DNA of 58,021 nucleotides, counting the filler, from Sphacelaria rigidula (taxonomy: Eukaryota): the NCBI GenBank assembly GCA_964200075.2. It is 9 parts of 9 records of this genome, joined end to end, with 100 filler letters (N's around TTAATTAATTAA, not from the genome) between each part and the next. Parts side by side here need not be neighbours in the genome. Positions count along the whole stretch, not along the records: positions 6,459 to 12,816 come from CAXNAA020020551.1; positions 12,917 to 19,274 come from CAXNAA020020552.1; positions 19,375 to 25,732 come from CAXNAA020020553.1; 6 more parts are not named here. One strand, written 5' to 3'. The notes under the pieces were generated by a model. The model worked only from the letters and a program-made list of their open reading frames with translations, was not told the origin of the DNA and did not search any database. Position 1 is the stretch's first letter, and the number at the start of each line of letters is the position of its first letter. The translations under genes and the position numbers were made by a program. This document shows positions 12,269 through 25,429 of the stretch, piece after piece.

Positions 12269-12816
12269 AGTGACCACATGCGTGAAGCATGTGATGTTTG
12301 AACCCACATAGCCTGCCGATCAGACCCGCAAGTCCGTCAACCAATAGAAAACGCCTACAGCAGGTTGTTCCACTTGTAGATCATCATAAACCTGCACGTA
12401 CGTACGTGTACTGGACGTGGACTACTCTACACTCCCAAGCAATGTTCTACAAAACCGTAGAAAAAAGAGCTTGATCATCAGTAGACACTAACAATAACAT
12501 TCATGCTCACTCTGTCCGCCTGTTGGTGACACGTGACCATGCACTGTCATGTTCCATAGCAGAAAATGACGATTTACACAACACTAAACATCGACACGAG
12601 AAGACAACGTCTCAATCGAACTCAGTGAACTTGATCATTCAATGGCAATTTCCAGTTATAGCATACTCACACAAACCTGCCTTCAGGCGTCAAATCTTAG
12701 CCCGTAACAAGTTTTCAGACTGCACCCCCGCAAATAGTCTCAAATGTCAGGGAACTTGGAATATCAAGCATTCCCACCATTTTCAACGGATTCCACGAGA
12801 AATACTCGCGTTATAT

Positions 12817-12916
12817 NNNNNNNNNNNNNNNNNNNNNNNNNNNNNNNNNNNNNNNNNNNNTTAATTAATTAANNNNNNNNNNNNNNNNNNNNNNNNNNNN
12901 NNNNNNNNNNNNNNNN
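12817..12916. other. Artificial contig-joining spacer
   Basis: N44-TTAATTAATTAA-N44. Confidence 0.99.
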
Positions 12917-12990
12917 CTCCGGGAATCGAACCCCCCAACTCAACCATCAGAAGGTTACGAGGTTACCAACTGAGCCACCGGGGCGACCGG
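12917..12990 (-). mobile_element. tRNA-derived SINE head (family S1) with Pol III A and B boxes
   Basis: Minus strand reads GCCCCGGTGGCTCAGTTGGTAACCTCGTAACCTTCTGATGGTTGAGTTGGGGGGTTCGATTCCCGGAG: A-box TGGCTCAGTTGG, B-box GGTTCGATTCC, D-stem not paired. A second copy lies at about 1320. Confidence 0.7.
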
Positions 12991-13519
12991 TACCTATGTG
13001 GTGTCACTAATGCACGCGTTTCCGTCGTGAGTTTCCTTTCTCTGCCTCACTCACTGATTGGCTAACTGATTGCTAGTTGCGTGATAGGCTGGTTCAAGGT
13101 GAGGGCTACGTGGTGAACGGAAACGGGAACACTCGCTCTAAACATGAAATGACAGTGTTTTTTTTCATATCGTTCTGGTGGTCCATCAATAGTTCACGTA
13201 CGGGGGTCTCTCGCCCAAGGAGTTGAGACGTTACCGTGAAAACATTTTTTTTTTGTTCCTGTGTGCTCGTGTCGGCAACTCTTTCCCGAAAAAAAAGTCT
13301 GGAGGAAGAACAACGGCGGGGAGGCAATAATATCGGGGCGGAGCACGGGGGCGACAGCAAAACCCCGGACGCGAATATCGTTGAAAACACCCGGGACGAG
13401 TTTTCGTCACCTGGTGATGACGATGTGCCGAGTATGCCGCCGCCTCACACCAAGGAGTATGTGCTTAGGTGAGGATTCTCGGATCGGAAACGAACGGTTG
13501 CTTGTAAAGATGGTTGGGG

Positions 13520-13810
13520 GTATAGTACTCCTGCACGTGCTACCCGGCATCTCAGGTACCCTGAATACTCGGTGTCGTATTTTTCAGTCGAAACACTCCG
13601 GGTACCGTATCCTGGAATGCTCAGTATTCTCGGCGGTCGCTGCTGCGAGTACCCCGTGGTACTCGGTCCTGCGAATACCCTGAACCCGTAGATATCATGC
13701 CCCGAAATACTCGGTATCTCGGCAGCGGATACCCCGAGTACCCTTGGGGTATCCAGTTCTGCGAAAACCCTGATACCTGAGAGACTTCGGGGCTCGGTAC
13801 CACCCGCGGA
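13520..13810. repeat. Internally repetitive element built of GGTACC/GAGTAC/AATACTCGG modules
   Basis: Many short direct and inverted copies of ATACTCGG, GAGTACCCC and GGTACC within about 290 bp. Confidence 0.55.
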
Positions 13811-15559
13811 GTCGGTGTTTGGCTTTCTTCTCGGCGGCATGACCAGATTTTTGGAGCTCTGAGTCGCTTTGTTTCCTGCGGTAGATAAGAGAGAAAAAAG
13901 AAGTTGAAGTCTTGTTAGGATCCACGCATTGGTGAGTCCGTTCTGACATTTTATTATATATTGTTTTGTTCCGTTTTTTGTCGTTATTTATTCAGTTGTG
14001 TGTTGAGTTGGAACCTCGTGGCTGTTTGTTATATGCAAAAAATGATCCATGTGTTTTCACAGGCGACACGCAAGACCTTTTCCTATCGCCTGCTTACAGC
14101 CCAAACGTGCGTTTGTGTGTATGGGTGTTTTTTCTCGTGTTTTATAGTCGTGTTGTTCATTGCTCTTTCTATTCCCATGCGCATCGGCTGATGTTCATTC
14201 ACCGTTGCGGTTGCTTTCTTTTTGTCAGCCGCTTTCAACTCGCTTTGTTGTTGCTGCTATACCATCGCCGTTGTGTCTTGTTCCCTTCGTCATCTGTGTA
14301 ACGACGGTTTTGACAGGTGCCAGACGTCGTCCCCCTTCTATAGTCGAAACATCGGCCGAGCGCAAATGTCCGCGTACCCTACTCCTCCGAGCCGGATGTA
14401 CGCCAAAACAGATGGCAAAAAACTGAGGGTGGCTCTTTCCATTTGTGAATCTGAGCTATGAACTCTGTTTTTTTCAAGTACCGTACGAATTTCGTGAATT
14501 GGATCATGACTTCATACCGAGAGTCATGGATATGATCTTGCGTACCTTTTTGGGCCTGATGTAGTGCAGTGGTGCAATGCAACACGAGTAATGGAGTGTT
14601 CGCGGAAACGTGTAGTCCCTTGTTGGTCATCTATTTTTCGTGTATATCTATGAGTCTACTCAACGTCCTGAACCCGTATGTACCGATGCCAACTCGCAAT
14701 ACATATGGAATTTTGATCGACATAATCCGAGATCTCGGGATACGCATAATTTTCCAAATAATGTCTTGATTTATGGTATCAGTTAGCGTCGGTACACTAG
14801 GGTTCGGGACGATGAATTGATTCATTCACTGTATACGAGAAAAAAATGACATATGTACCGATTTTCGCGCATACATACGATTTTAAACTAAGGCCTCACT
14901 TTGTGTGCCCCCGCTGTATACAAAATGGACACAATAGGCCATTTTTTATATCGTGCGGGAGACGGACGTTGTAGTGAAACGAGAGCACATGTTACTGCAT
15001 TATAGCGGGACCTCGCCCCATTGGTGAGAGCAGTAGGGCGGCACATCCCCCAACTTCTGCCGTTGCGAAAGAGCGAGATGTTCCTATGCAGTACCCGTGG
15101 ACTGGGCATGCAAGGTTGGTGCGAGGGGTGGCACATAAAAGAAAGAGTGCACAACAAGCCGCTTTATCACTCAAAGCCGATTGTAAAGAGAAGGGGTGGA
15201 AGGGGATCAAAATGCAAGTAATCAAGTTGGCAGAGGTTACCAGATCTGTGAAACTGAATATAAAGTAGCTCATGTGTAGAGGGTAATATACTGGACTCGC
15301 GTCAGCTATATCCCCTGTTATCGAGAGATTAGTACGTGTGAGAAAATATCGAGCTGATGTTGTGAGTGCGAAAGCGGTGACGCGGCTGACTTTTGCTATC
15401 GCTTGAAGACCACTCGACACCCCAAAGGGAGGGTGTAGGCAAGAGGCAGTCATACTGCTTTAATGATTTTTGGCCAAGGTATAAAATCTGTGAGGCTTTG
15501 AAAGCGAGCGCGGGGGGGGGGGGGGGTCAGTAGCACTGAGGAATACACCACTACTTCGT

Positions 15560-15800
15560 TCGTGTCTGGAAAAATAAATACTTTGCACAGTCAGTTTTGT
15601 TGATACCCTCCGACTGATCTTCGCCGACTGTCAACCGGAGGTTGTACAGAGGAAATAACACAGGGTGGTGTGAAACTTTATACCGATTTGTCTCCGAGGC
15701 ATGGTGCTCAGTAGTTTGGAAATATCTTGGTTCAGACTTTCGGTAAGCACAGAATCGTGGAACACTGCGAGCTCTTGCTTCAAGATTGTCGCCCTGCATG
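15560..15800 (-). pseudogene. Possible decayed non-LTR (LINE) reverse-transcriptase fragment
   Basis: ESLNQDISKLLST..RQIGIKFHTTLCYFL, then EGINKTDCAKYL in another frame, resembles the LINE RT C-terminal pattern LQxDLxxLxxWxxxWxxxFNxxKC...YKYLG. Confidence 0.35.
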
Positions 15801-17519
15801 ATGTACTCCGTGCCATGTTTACCTGAGTTACGGTCCAAGTATGAAGCAGCAGTGGGGTTGTGGGCAAAAGACGAATGTCGTGACGTGTATGTACACTTGT
15901 ACGGGGCATTTTTTGCGCTAGCCGCTACTCCTACCCCCGTGTATGTAGGTGTAAGCATTTTGAACAGGGTAGGGCTGCCTGAGTCGTGCAAATAGTTTTC
16001 ATGACCATGCGTTTCGGATGTCGATGTGATTGAACTTATTTCGATCAATCGTGGTTCCCCTGTGGTGTTGGTCTGTCTGCGGTGTTCGGGCTCGCCTTGT
16101 CACGCATTTTCACACTAAAAGATCGTGATACGAGGTGTTGTATTTGGTGGTGGTCCGGAACACACAAAAAAAAATATTGGAGAGTCAGTTATTGTGGTGT
16201 AGGTAGAGCTTGGTACACAGGGTGAGAGAGGTGACGGCATCGCGACGAGGGGGGCACGTTTCGATTGTATGGTACTCTCGAGAATATTTGTGATAAATTC
16301 TGCTGCTTGGGAAAACGCGGGAAAGGAAGTTGCCGCTTCTTTGCGCGAGGGTGGTGGGTGGGGATGTGTTCGTGGGCGGCATGATATCATCAGAGTTTTC
16401 GGGTTCGTTTTTCCGTCTGGAGTTTTGTTCTTTGTCGTCTTGGTTCATGAGTTGTGTGATATTTTGAACCCACTTTGCGGAAAGCAAGGTCCGTCAGCCC
16501 TATACAATCCCCCGTGTCTTGCAGTACAGAGAGCCTGGGACACTCCCCGGGTTTTGTCGCTAGCTACGAGATGCATGTCCTGGAAAGCCCCCTTGGGACG
16601 GGCGAAACGCAGACAAGTGTGGCTGACTTGCTTGATCTACTCATGATTTTGGACCAGGTTGCGCATCACTCTTTTTCCTGGAAGAAGGAAAAAGGAGGGT
16701 GTCTGCATGATCTTGCCTGCCATAGTCATATAACCATTGGAGGAAATGGTAGGGGGGGAACAATAGTATGCCCAGGAATCGCCTATTTCCTCTCTCCTGG
16801 GTGACGGCCAGCAATGACAATGCCTGACTTTCAGGTGAGGCGATTTTTTTTTTTATGTTTTTTTTTCGTTTTTCATTTTTGGGGTGCACCGACGTGAAAC
16901 ATGCGCTGAGCTCTCCGTCTATTGCGGGCGTTGTCTTTCTGCCAAACGAGGTCCGATGGTTCACGAAAGGCGCACACTTCGCTGAAACATGATTGTCTAC
17001 TTGAACGGCCCTGCCTGCCACCCCCGTCACCCTTTGGCATTTGTTCCGGCCGGATCACGTAAATATCCAACACTCTCTTCATCACTGAGGGCCCCCAGAT
17101 CTCGGCCATCGGAATTCACAGTTCTACAGCATGAAGTCGTTGTCAATGGCTGCCAGCAGATGAAGGTATGGAACCATACATTGAAGAGTCGGTGTGGATG
17201 CGAAGATTATACTTCTCAGGGTTTTTATCCTCAATGAAAAGCTCCATCCTCAAAATGGATGGTCGGCTGTTGTGGGCAGTGGGTGCGATGCCCTTGAGAC
17301 GATATAGGCGGTGGCAAGGGAAGGAGATGGGTCAGCGACTTCATCGCCGGGGGAACAGGGGGTGGGTTGCAATTGTCGAGTTCCGGCACTCATGAGTCTT
17401 GGCAGTGTACAGGCTTTACAGGCGGGAGGGGGATGTCTTTGAAGACGTGGTAAATTGTCTCGGGCATTCTTGATAGGGCTGGTTTTTCCAGACTTTTCAG
17501 ACTTTTTCGGGGGGAATAC

Positions 17520-17600
17520 CTTCCTCCCAGAGCTCCGTCTCGAAAGGGATGCGTGGTCAATGGTCAGACGACTAAGGCAAGCAACATATGAGAACGCCCC
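17520..17600 (+). repeat. Dispersed repeat segment
   Basis: GCTCCGTCTCGAAAGGGATGCGTGGTCAATG..AAGGCAAGCAACA matches 44270-44335. Confidence 0.65.
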
Positions 17601-18699
17601 CCCCCCAGAGGAATATGGCAGCAACTTCCTCAACCAGACCATGCAATAGATCATCAAGGTATGGCTGACTCCATATTACTTCGAATATCTCGCGTTTTTC
17701 CCTCGCTTTTTTTAGAAGTCGGGACAAAAGCCCAATTTTCTCGCAAAAATCGAAACGTACGAAAAAAACGGTCCCGCTATTAGTACCCCTAATGCGTGCG
17801 AGCAGAGATATCTCATATGTATGAAGTGGTGCAGCGGCGGTAACAACCGGAAGTCGTGTGTCCACATGGTTCCTTCCACCCTTACAGCGCTAGACTCGAA
17901 CGCATGTTTTTTTTCGTGAATGATTGGGCGATTTCGAAGAAATACAACCCTTACAATCAAGTACTAACGCGAGCGATTATTTTGCATTTAGAGTGAGTAC
18001 AGGCTGATTCAGGGTGGACGGCCGGAATTTCCTCCCCAGCAGTACTTGACGCCGTTTTTTCGAGGTAGATCCTGAATTTTTTCTCACAAGTAGTCTAAAT
18101 ATTTCGAAAAGTTATATATGCCGAAAAAATAAAAAATATTAATGAAAATATAAATGAGGCCTGTGTTTTTTTTTTTTCCGCCAGATATCCGGGGTCCCAG
18201 GAGGCGGTGTCTTACGGGCGCCCTGAGATATTTAGAGAGTCTGTACGAGCTGGGCCAGCCTAGAAACGGATGTAAGCATTCTCAAAGCAATATCGACAAA
18301 GACGAGTTGGGCCATGATCGTCAGATCGCGTTAATCGTCTAATCCAGAGGAAGGTGTCCATCTACTCGAACGTCTGGACCAGCATTTTCTTATTGATTAA
18401 ACCCCATGTCTAGTGATTCCTATACCAAAGGGAGATGGCGCCCGTACTAAAATCTATATGGAACCCCCAATCGATACATTGAGCGGGTGACGACGAGTTT
18501 TGGTGTGGACATTCCCTGGAGCTAGGGGAGACGGTAAAAACCCGGGAAAATACCTCGGGTATACAAACAACGGTACCCTACGGAACACGGAACACAACCT
18601 TGAAAATGTTTTGTTGATCAATCCGGAGCTTTTAAATTGTTTTGTGAAAATGCGGATTCCCGACACAACATTCACCCACCCTCATCACGAATATGTGAG

Positions 18700-18885
18700 A
18701 CCTCGGTAACCGCCATCAGCCAAGGAATTTCACGCAAAAAACATGTTTGAGAACGGTTTGTACGAGATCGAGTTGTACCCCGAACATGCCATGGTGTTTC
18801 GGTGATGTGAGGTTTTGGCGTCGTTGGATTTCCATTGATGACATGCATCAAATACCCCAAAGCCTTGTAACGGTTTCCCTTATAC
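18700..18885 (-). repeat. Dispersed repeat family D
   Basis: The reverse complement matches 43740-43915 and 48075-48250. Confidence 0.65.
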
Positions 18886-19274
18886 TAATCGTATAAAAGT
18901 TTTGATCATTCTCACACTCGGCAGTTTGGTAAGTGTGGGTGATCCAAACAGAAGGAAAAAACGTTCAAATATGCCAAAGATTATCCGCTCTCTACCGGCT
19001 TGTCGGGGATCCCGGCGTGAAGACCCCCAGAAGTCGGTACAAAATGCCTCTGACAAAAACGCACATTTTCCCGTCCCGACTCAGTCCAAGAAACCTTGGA
19101 CCAAGGTGCGTAACTAACAAGTGATTCCCCAGGGTCGATGCAAGCTTGAACGTACAAGGTCGGTTTGATACTAAAATCAAGAAATTAGGGGGTCCAGCAG
19201 AAACAGTGTTTTCGTGAGACTGAGAGTAGATGATACGATTGAGAGTGAAAAGCGGTCAATCAGTGAATGAATCG

Positions 19275-19374
19275 NNNNNNNNNNNNNNNNNNNNNNNNNN
19301 NNNNNNNNNNNNNNNNNNTTAATTAATTAANNNNNNNNNNNNNNNNNNNNNNNNNNNNNNNNNNNNNNNNNNNN
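19275..19374. other. Artificial contig-joining spacer
   Basis: N44-TTAATTAATTAA-N44. Confidence 0.99.
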
Positions 19375-20159
19375 AAAGGGCTCCTCACAATTCTAATCTC
19401 AGAAATTATTTCTGTACCCCTACCGTAGCATCACTCCCAAGGAGAAATATTTTGGCTTATCCTCGCTCCACCGATTATCAACATAACCAGCGACGCTTCG
19501 GTCAAGAATGTGCGCGCCCTAGCTGAAGTGGTCGACAACTCGGTACACAAAAGCACGGATCAGGTGTATCTTGGTGCACCCGTGGGAAGCCACTTGGTCT
19601 ATTGGTGCAGTTGTGCTCCACAAAAACAAATTAGTTAAAATACATCACGAGGGTCTAGAGCTGGGTGGATATGTCCGCCACCTCAGGTCCCACCTCAGGT
19701 CCCACCTCAAGAAGAACTCAAACGTTCACCTCCAGGGTGGGTCATCTGGGTCAACGAAACATAAATATATATATATATTTGTAAGAACCAGATCATCTGG
19801 CGGTCAAGGGCTTCATCCTTCGACTCCGAAGCCTTTGAGATATTTGTTGAGAGCGTTTTTCTATTGAAATCAATACTCAAAGTCAATCCTCACCAAACCA
19901 AAAGGTTGATCAACCCCGTGGTCGCCACCGTGGGTTATTGTACATGTCGAGCCGGGATCATTTTCACTTCAAGAATGACTATAATGACGATGAAACGCAG
20001 ATGGTCTACCCTCGCGGTTAAATGGTTGACTCTTCGACTGCTTGTACAGGTCATCTAGACCTTGCAGTCATTTTTGATGTGAAAATAAAAGCCACACCCA
20101 TATGACTCAACCGTGGGAGTGTAAGGGTAAAGCATCTGTGTGCACCGCCCGGCACTCAC

Positions 20160-21236
20160 GTGATAATATTGAGAGTGCTGCTGATAACGCTCTTCATCGG
20201 GATGTCGTTGCTGCCGGAGGTCACTATCCATGAGGGGTTCATGCGGTGCGTGCGACAGCGCTGGCGAACGGGGCTCAGCGTAGGGATCGTGCCGGCCTCG
20301 CTCATCCGGCGGGAGGGCTCGCGTGGAGATCCCGTCGTCGGGGGCAACAGCACGGTAGGCACCCACGAGTATCGCCGCGATGTCGTCCACTTTTTCGTCC
20401 AACTTTTTCATCCAATTCATCACCAGCTCCATGTCCTTATTGAAGTCTTTCAATTTATCCATTTGGCCGCGGGCTGAGTAAAACACAAAGGTCACACGGG
20501 CAGTGGCACACAGTGGTGCGGCGGGGAAGGGAAGGGGTCTGTTATTCATTGGTGAAAGTGGTTGATGGTGATCTTCTCAGAGCGCGCATGGGGATTGCAA
20601 CTGCCCTCCCGTTCAACGCCTCGACTACATGGTATAATGCAAAAACTGTCATCACTGCAGGGGGCACGCTCTTGGAAACTACCTTCGAACCAACACACCA
20701 CCACCAGTGGGTCATGCTTGGACGGCGGAGCAACAAGAGGCGGCGAGACAGGTCATCCTTGACATGTCGCTTACGTTTCTCGAGGACTTCTCTGACTGCG
20801 TCTGTGACTGCCCGTCTATTCCCGACGCCTAGGCAGCGCGGGCGGCTTAAGTCCAAGAAATATGTATCTTACCATGCCGTGGGCATGGATGCAGGGTTTC
20901 TTTCCCAGTGCGCAAAGCGATGTAAATGCACGCATGGCATGAGGAATAGGCGCACCGAAACAGCGATGGGAACCACAAGGAAGGCACAAAGCAACGTTTC
21001 AATGCCCACACCTTTTTCGCTTTTGGCGTTGAACTTATCCTTCCTCCGCTTGATACCGGAAAGCAGATGCTTGCAGCCGCGCTGAAAGCTGGGGTGCATA
21101 AACTCCCACGTCCCATCAGTACCTTGCGCTTTTTGCTTCTCCGAAGAACAAGAGTCGGACGAGGCCCGCGCAGGTTTTTCCTCCGCTCCGTCTCCAACTT
21201 GCCTTGGCCGTGGCACCCCTTTCACTTTCGAGAAAC
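20160..21236 (-). CDS. HSF: HSF-type (heat shock factor) transcription factor, three internal exons (partial gene)
   Basis: Predicted exons 21236-21012, 20828-20775 and 20473-20160 all have AG/GT borders and matching phase-1 junctions. They give GFSKV...GTWEFMHPSFQRGCKHLLSGIKRRK (C-terminal half of the HSF DNA-binding domain), then a heptad-like segment MDKLKDFNKDMELVMNWMKKLDEKVDDIAAILV. Confidence 0.8.
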
Positions 21237-21404
21237 CTTTTCAGAGATATACCACGAGAATGTACCGGAGAACAGCATCCCTGAATGCCCCGCCTGACAT
21301 ACATGTTACGCCTTGCGGCTCTCGTACTAAAACTATTGCGCTAGTCAAATCTTTGCTAAGAAAGCGGCAGTCTTTGCCACACGGATAAGGACGGGGGAAA
21401 CGTA

Positions 21405-21500
21405 AGGCGTGTGCCGGGGCAGAGAGAAGAGGGGGTTGGTTTCTTGAGACCATGGACTCATCCCTAGGAAGGGGAGGGGCTGAAAATGTGACCGGGAGAA
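21405..21500 (+). repeat. Fragment of SINE family S2 body
   Basis: The reverse complement (CCCCTTCCTAGGGATGAGTCCATGGTCTCAAG) matches 42195-42270. Confidence 0.55.
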
Positions 21501-21989
21501 AAAGGTTCTGATGAGTGTTGCCAGGCCAGCAAAGCGGTAGCTTGGAGTGTGCGTTCGGAATGTGTTGTCCCGAAGCAACACGCAGTCGGGTCACAGGAAC
21601 TCGCCTTTACAGGAGTTCGTGTCGGCGGCCTCTTTCGATAACAAACCACGGTCAGCCTCCTGTTCAGCCGTCACCGCTCATATCCGAGGGCAACCCAAGA
21701 GAAAGTGCAGTTCTTTTTTATCAATCGATTTGATTGCATCAAGGGTTGATGATTGCACATGATCAACTGATCCTCCACGAATCCAGCCAAGGTCACAACA
21801 TCGATACACCCAAGGTAAATCTTCGCGGAAGGAAACTCTAGGAACTGTACATATGAAAAGTAACGGAGAGAACGAACAGAGCAAACGGGAAAAAGGGCGA
21901 AGGAACAAGGAACAAAAGGAAAAGAAAACAAGAAGGAAAAACAAAATAGAAGAAATGCCAGGATATGTCTCTATGATAGCACCGGTGCC

Positions 21990-24300
21990 GAGGAATGGGC
22001 TTGAAATGCCCCTGCGTCATGGCTGCAGGTGGGGAGGCACGCGCCGCTTATCTCGGCCATGTGTTCGGAGGGTATGGCCTAAGTTGACCTGTGTTTGAAA
22101 TTCAGGTGGCGCAGCAGTCCTGGACTCTGCGGCTTGCTGGTGATTGCCTTGGAACACTCGTACAACAACACGCCTTTTTCACGCATGCGGTGATAGACAT
22201 CGACAGCTGTGCAGCAGTTTATCAAGATAGCACGGTGCCAACAGGGGCGGCCCGGATGAACCACCGTTGTTAGATGCAAAAAAGAAAATGTTGGCCTGGG
22301 ATGCACGATTGTATATGTGCAGGATTGGGCCATTGATACTGACTCCCTCTCTATTTCGCACTCAAAAGCAAAAGGCAACAAATTGCAAAAGCCGTGGTTG
22401 CAGTGGCCTCGAGAACGCAAGTGTGCATCAGAGAGACATTTCGTCGTTGGCTGGCTTCCTGCTGCACGTCTCATTTGTTGTACGTTCGGGAAAGTCCTTT
22501 GTTCGCCGCATGCTCGCATCGGCTGGGGTGCGCCGCCCGTCCCCATTCCGTGTTGTGACGGGGGGTGTTTTTCAAAAGAGGGCGGCGACGAAGTCGCGGG
22601 TGGTGATATTGAGCCCGGAGTTTCATGATTTAGACGTATTTATGGCATTAACTGGTTGAGTATGAATTGTCGCGATGGGGAGCAGTATTGATTGTCATTC
22701 CTGGTATACCGATTTCTGCACGTCTTGTTTGTTTCACGTTCGAGGAAGTATTGCATGCTCGTATCGGCGGGGGTGTGCCGCCCCTGCCCGTCCCGTGTCG
22801 TGATGGAGGATGTTTCTCAAAAGAGGGCGGCCACGAAGTCGCGGGTGGCGATATTGAGCCCGGAGTTTCATAATGATTCAGACATGTTGCATTAACTGGT
22901 TGGCTATGGATCGTCGCGGCGTGGAACAGCATTATCGTCCGCGGTATAACGATTACTGTAGTGTTGCGCCTGCCCAACTTGTCCTTACCATCTGATGCGT
23001 CGGGCGCGGCTATTGGGAGCTATTCTCTGCAATCGGGCATGTGGCGGCTGTATGACTTGACGGCTGAGGAGCAATACCCACTTTAGGGTTCCACCGTACA
23101 CTCGGATGATGATATTTCGATCAATGTACTGGAACTCTTGGGTACGGTGATGTCGGCGCCGTTGATACTTCTCTGCAGGAGATGTCCACGGTTATGAGCT
23201 GATTGTGTGCTGTTGGGTGGCGACAACTCGTGCGCCGTAACGTCCGTATGAATGAGTGCAGAGGGGGTGAGGAGCCGCGTTCGGGTGCTTTGACGCGTAT
23301 GCTTCGTGTGCTGGAAGTTGACTCGGGCTGGGTTTTCCAGGCGTAGCAGGTCCCGGGAATTTTGAATGTTGTAGCGGAAGCAATTTTGGGGTGGCCTATA
23401 GAATGTGTTTCCGCTGACCTCTCGTCCTGCCGTCCCGACAGTCAATGGTATATGCAGGACATCAGGACAGACGGGAGTCATCTATGTTCATGTATTTTGG
23501 CCTCGGGCTCGTCGGAAATGCAATTGCGCCATCGTCTGCGAGAAGTTACGAGGGATATACATTTATGAAGAATGCGTTGATGGGATTGAAGCGTAGCCAC
23601 GCTGTAATGGGAACACAGCAACGACTGCGGCGGCTGCTGTATTGTCGGTGCTTTTGGATGGGGAACGGTTGTCGCTTGCGTGCGGCCCGGGTGGCCACGT
23701 GTTGCGGTTGGGTTTACAACATATACATTCATATTTGTTTTGACGAGATCATACGAGACGTGTAGTCATCCTGCTCATTCTCATCACCCAGTATACTGTG
23801 TGCGTAGAAGTGATGTGGCATCTTAATGGGGAAGGACCCAGTTGCGTCGACATGGTTGGGGTACGGCAGATCTGGTGGAAATGCGTTTCCGGGTGCCCGA
23901 ACGGGTCTACTACGAGTCGGAGCGGTCGTGGCGCGCGTTCGCTTGGGATTTCCATTGACATTTCGAGACGGGGGCGAAACGGTCGCGCTAATGTTCAAGC
24001 TCTTGTCAGTTGATAAGTCATCCCCTGTAGATGCCCCGCTGATGACGTACGGTGTGCGGGACAACGGGGGATTTTTGGCGTGGACCTGGTACGATGCGGT
24101 GGCTGCGTTACAGCAAGTGATGGGGTTGACTGGGCTAACGCCTGCAGAGTTCGCGGGGCACTCTGCGGATTGGTGGCGCCACACGTTGATCCCACGCATA
24201 AGTGATCATAGGGTGTTGCAGAAAGAAGGTAGATGGAAATCAGACGCGTGAAAGACACACGTCTAGGCTAACGACGCCAATTGCGGTTTGGCGTCAAAAG
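21990..24300 (+). mobile_element. Decayed tyrosine-recombinase retrotransposon (DIRS/Ngaro-type): RT-RNaseH-YR
   Basis: RT-like VDLCLKFRWRSSPG (about 22083) and WAIDTDSLSIS; RNase H motifs SDASG, SINVLELLG, GDNSCAV, QVPGILNVVAE (22990-23400); tyrosine-recombinase motifs EFAGHS and GRWKSDA (24145-24250). Many stops and frameshifts; may extend 5' to about 21600. Confidence 0.85.
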
Positions 24301-25429
24301 CTATCGCCGATAGGCCCAGAAGCGATGATCGGCAGCCTGGTCAGGGCACCGAGTGGAGGGGCAAGTAATGACCTTATCGGGGGGAAGCGGATCATGACGC
24401 CGAGTTACATGCAAAAAAACTATCTGCATAAAAATACTGAATGGGAGGCATAACGACAGAAAAAACTATCTGGAAAAACTGCGGAGGGATTGTGAACACG
24501 TCATCAGGTGGTCGCACCTCTGCCGCACAGAACACGAGAAAAACACACGCTTCATCCCTAATTAACCTCGTTTAGAATGCGACAGCCGTCGCAATTTTCA
24601 TCGCGCTTTTCCTGACGCAGGAAGCAAGCCGGCCTGCGGCACTTGACAGCCCCCCGTACACACACAAAAGCTAGCTCCCCTTGTTGGCGATTTGCTCAAC
24701 TCGCCACGGCGGACCCAAAGAGCCCACAACTTTGGAAAAAAAAAATAACCTTCTTCGAACATTTTGGTTAGGTGCGGCTTAGTTGTCACGCGTAAAGTAA
24801 ATCGTCAACATGGTGATCTAGACTGGGTGTGTGGGAAGCGCACACAACCAACCACAGTGCATTCCTCTGCTTGGTTGCCGAGAAACCCGCATTGACAGAT
24901 TGACACAACGTACTGCAACAAGAGGGGCAACAACAACACGAGCAGCAGCTTCTATCCCCCTCTTGTTGTGACCCTTTGTACACAGATATACTTCAACGTC
25001 AGTCACAGGTTTGTTGTAGAATGTGCTAAAATAATTGCACATTTTGTATGAACGTGGTCGTTGTCTCAAGGTGGCACGTGTAATTGTGATTGATGCTGAT
25101 TGGCTCATTAAGGCTTTATTTCTTCTGTGGACAGGAGTTGATGTCCACAATCCCGAAATGTAATGCCCAAAATCGATCCTCCTTCACCCCCAAAAGAGAA
25201 ACATACCGGTGCGGTGAACAGATGAATAGGTGAAGAGCAAAGTCATGTGGCGATGACGAAGAAGATTGGATGTCGAAATTGGAGCCGAGGTGGACGACTG
25301 GTCGGTCACATATGCACGGAAGTGTGTTGCCCCTACGGGATCGATTGCATGGGTGTGGCTTGGGAAAGCGTAAGGGAGGTATGTTACATCCGCACGTCGG
25401 CTCAGGTTCTTGTGGAGGCTGGTGTGACA

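Noticed and set aside
22079..22270. Minus-strand LLRHLNFKH as the missing HSF exon
   Set aside because: The plus strand here encodes the RT motif VDLCLKFRWRSSPG of the YR retrotransposon, a better explanation.
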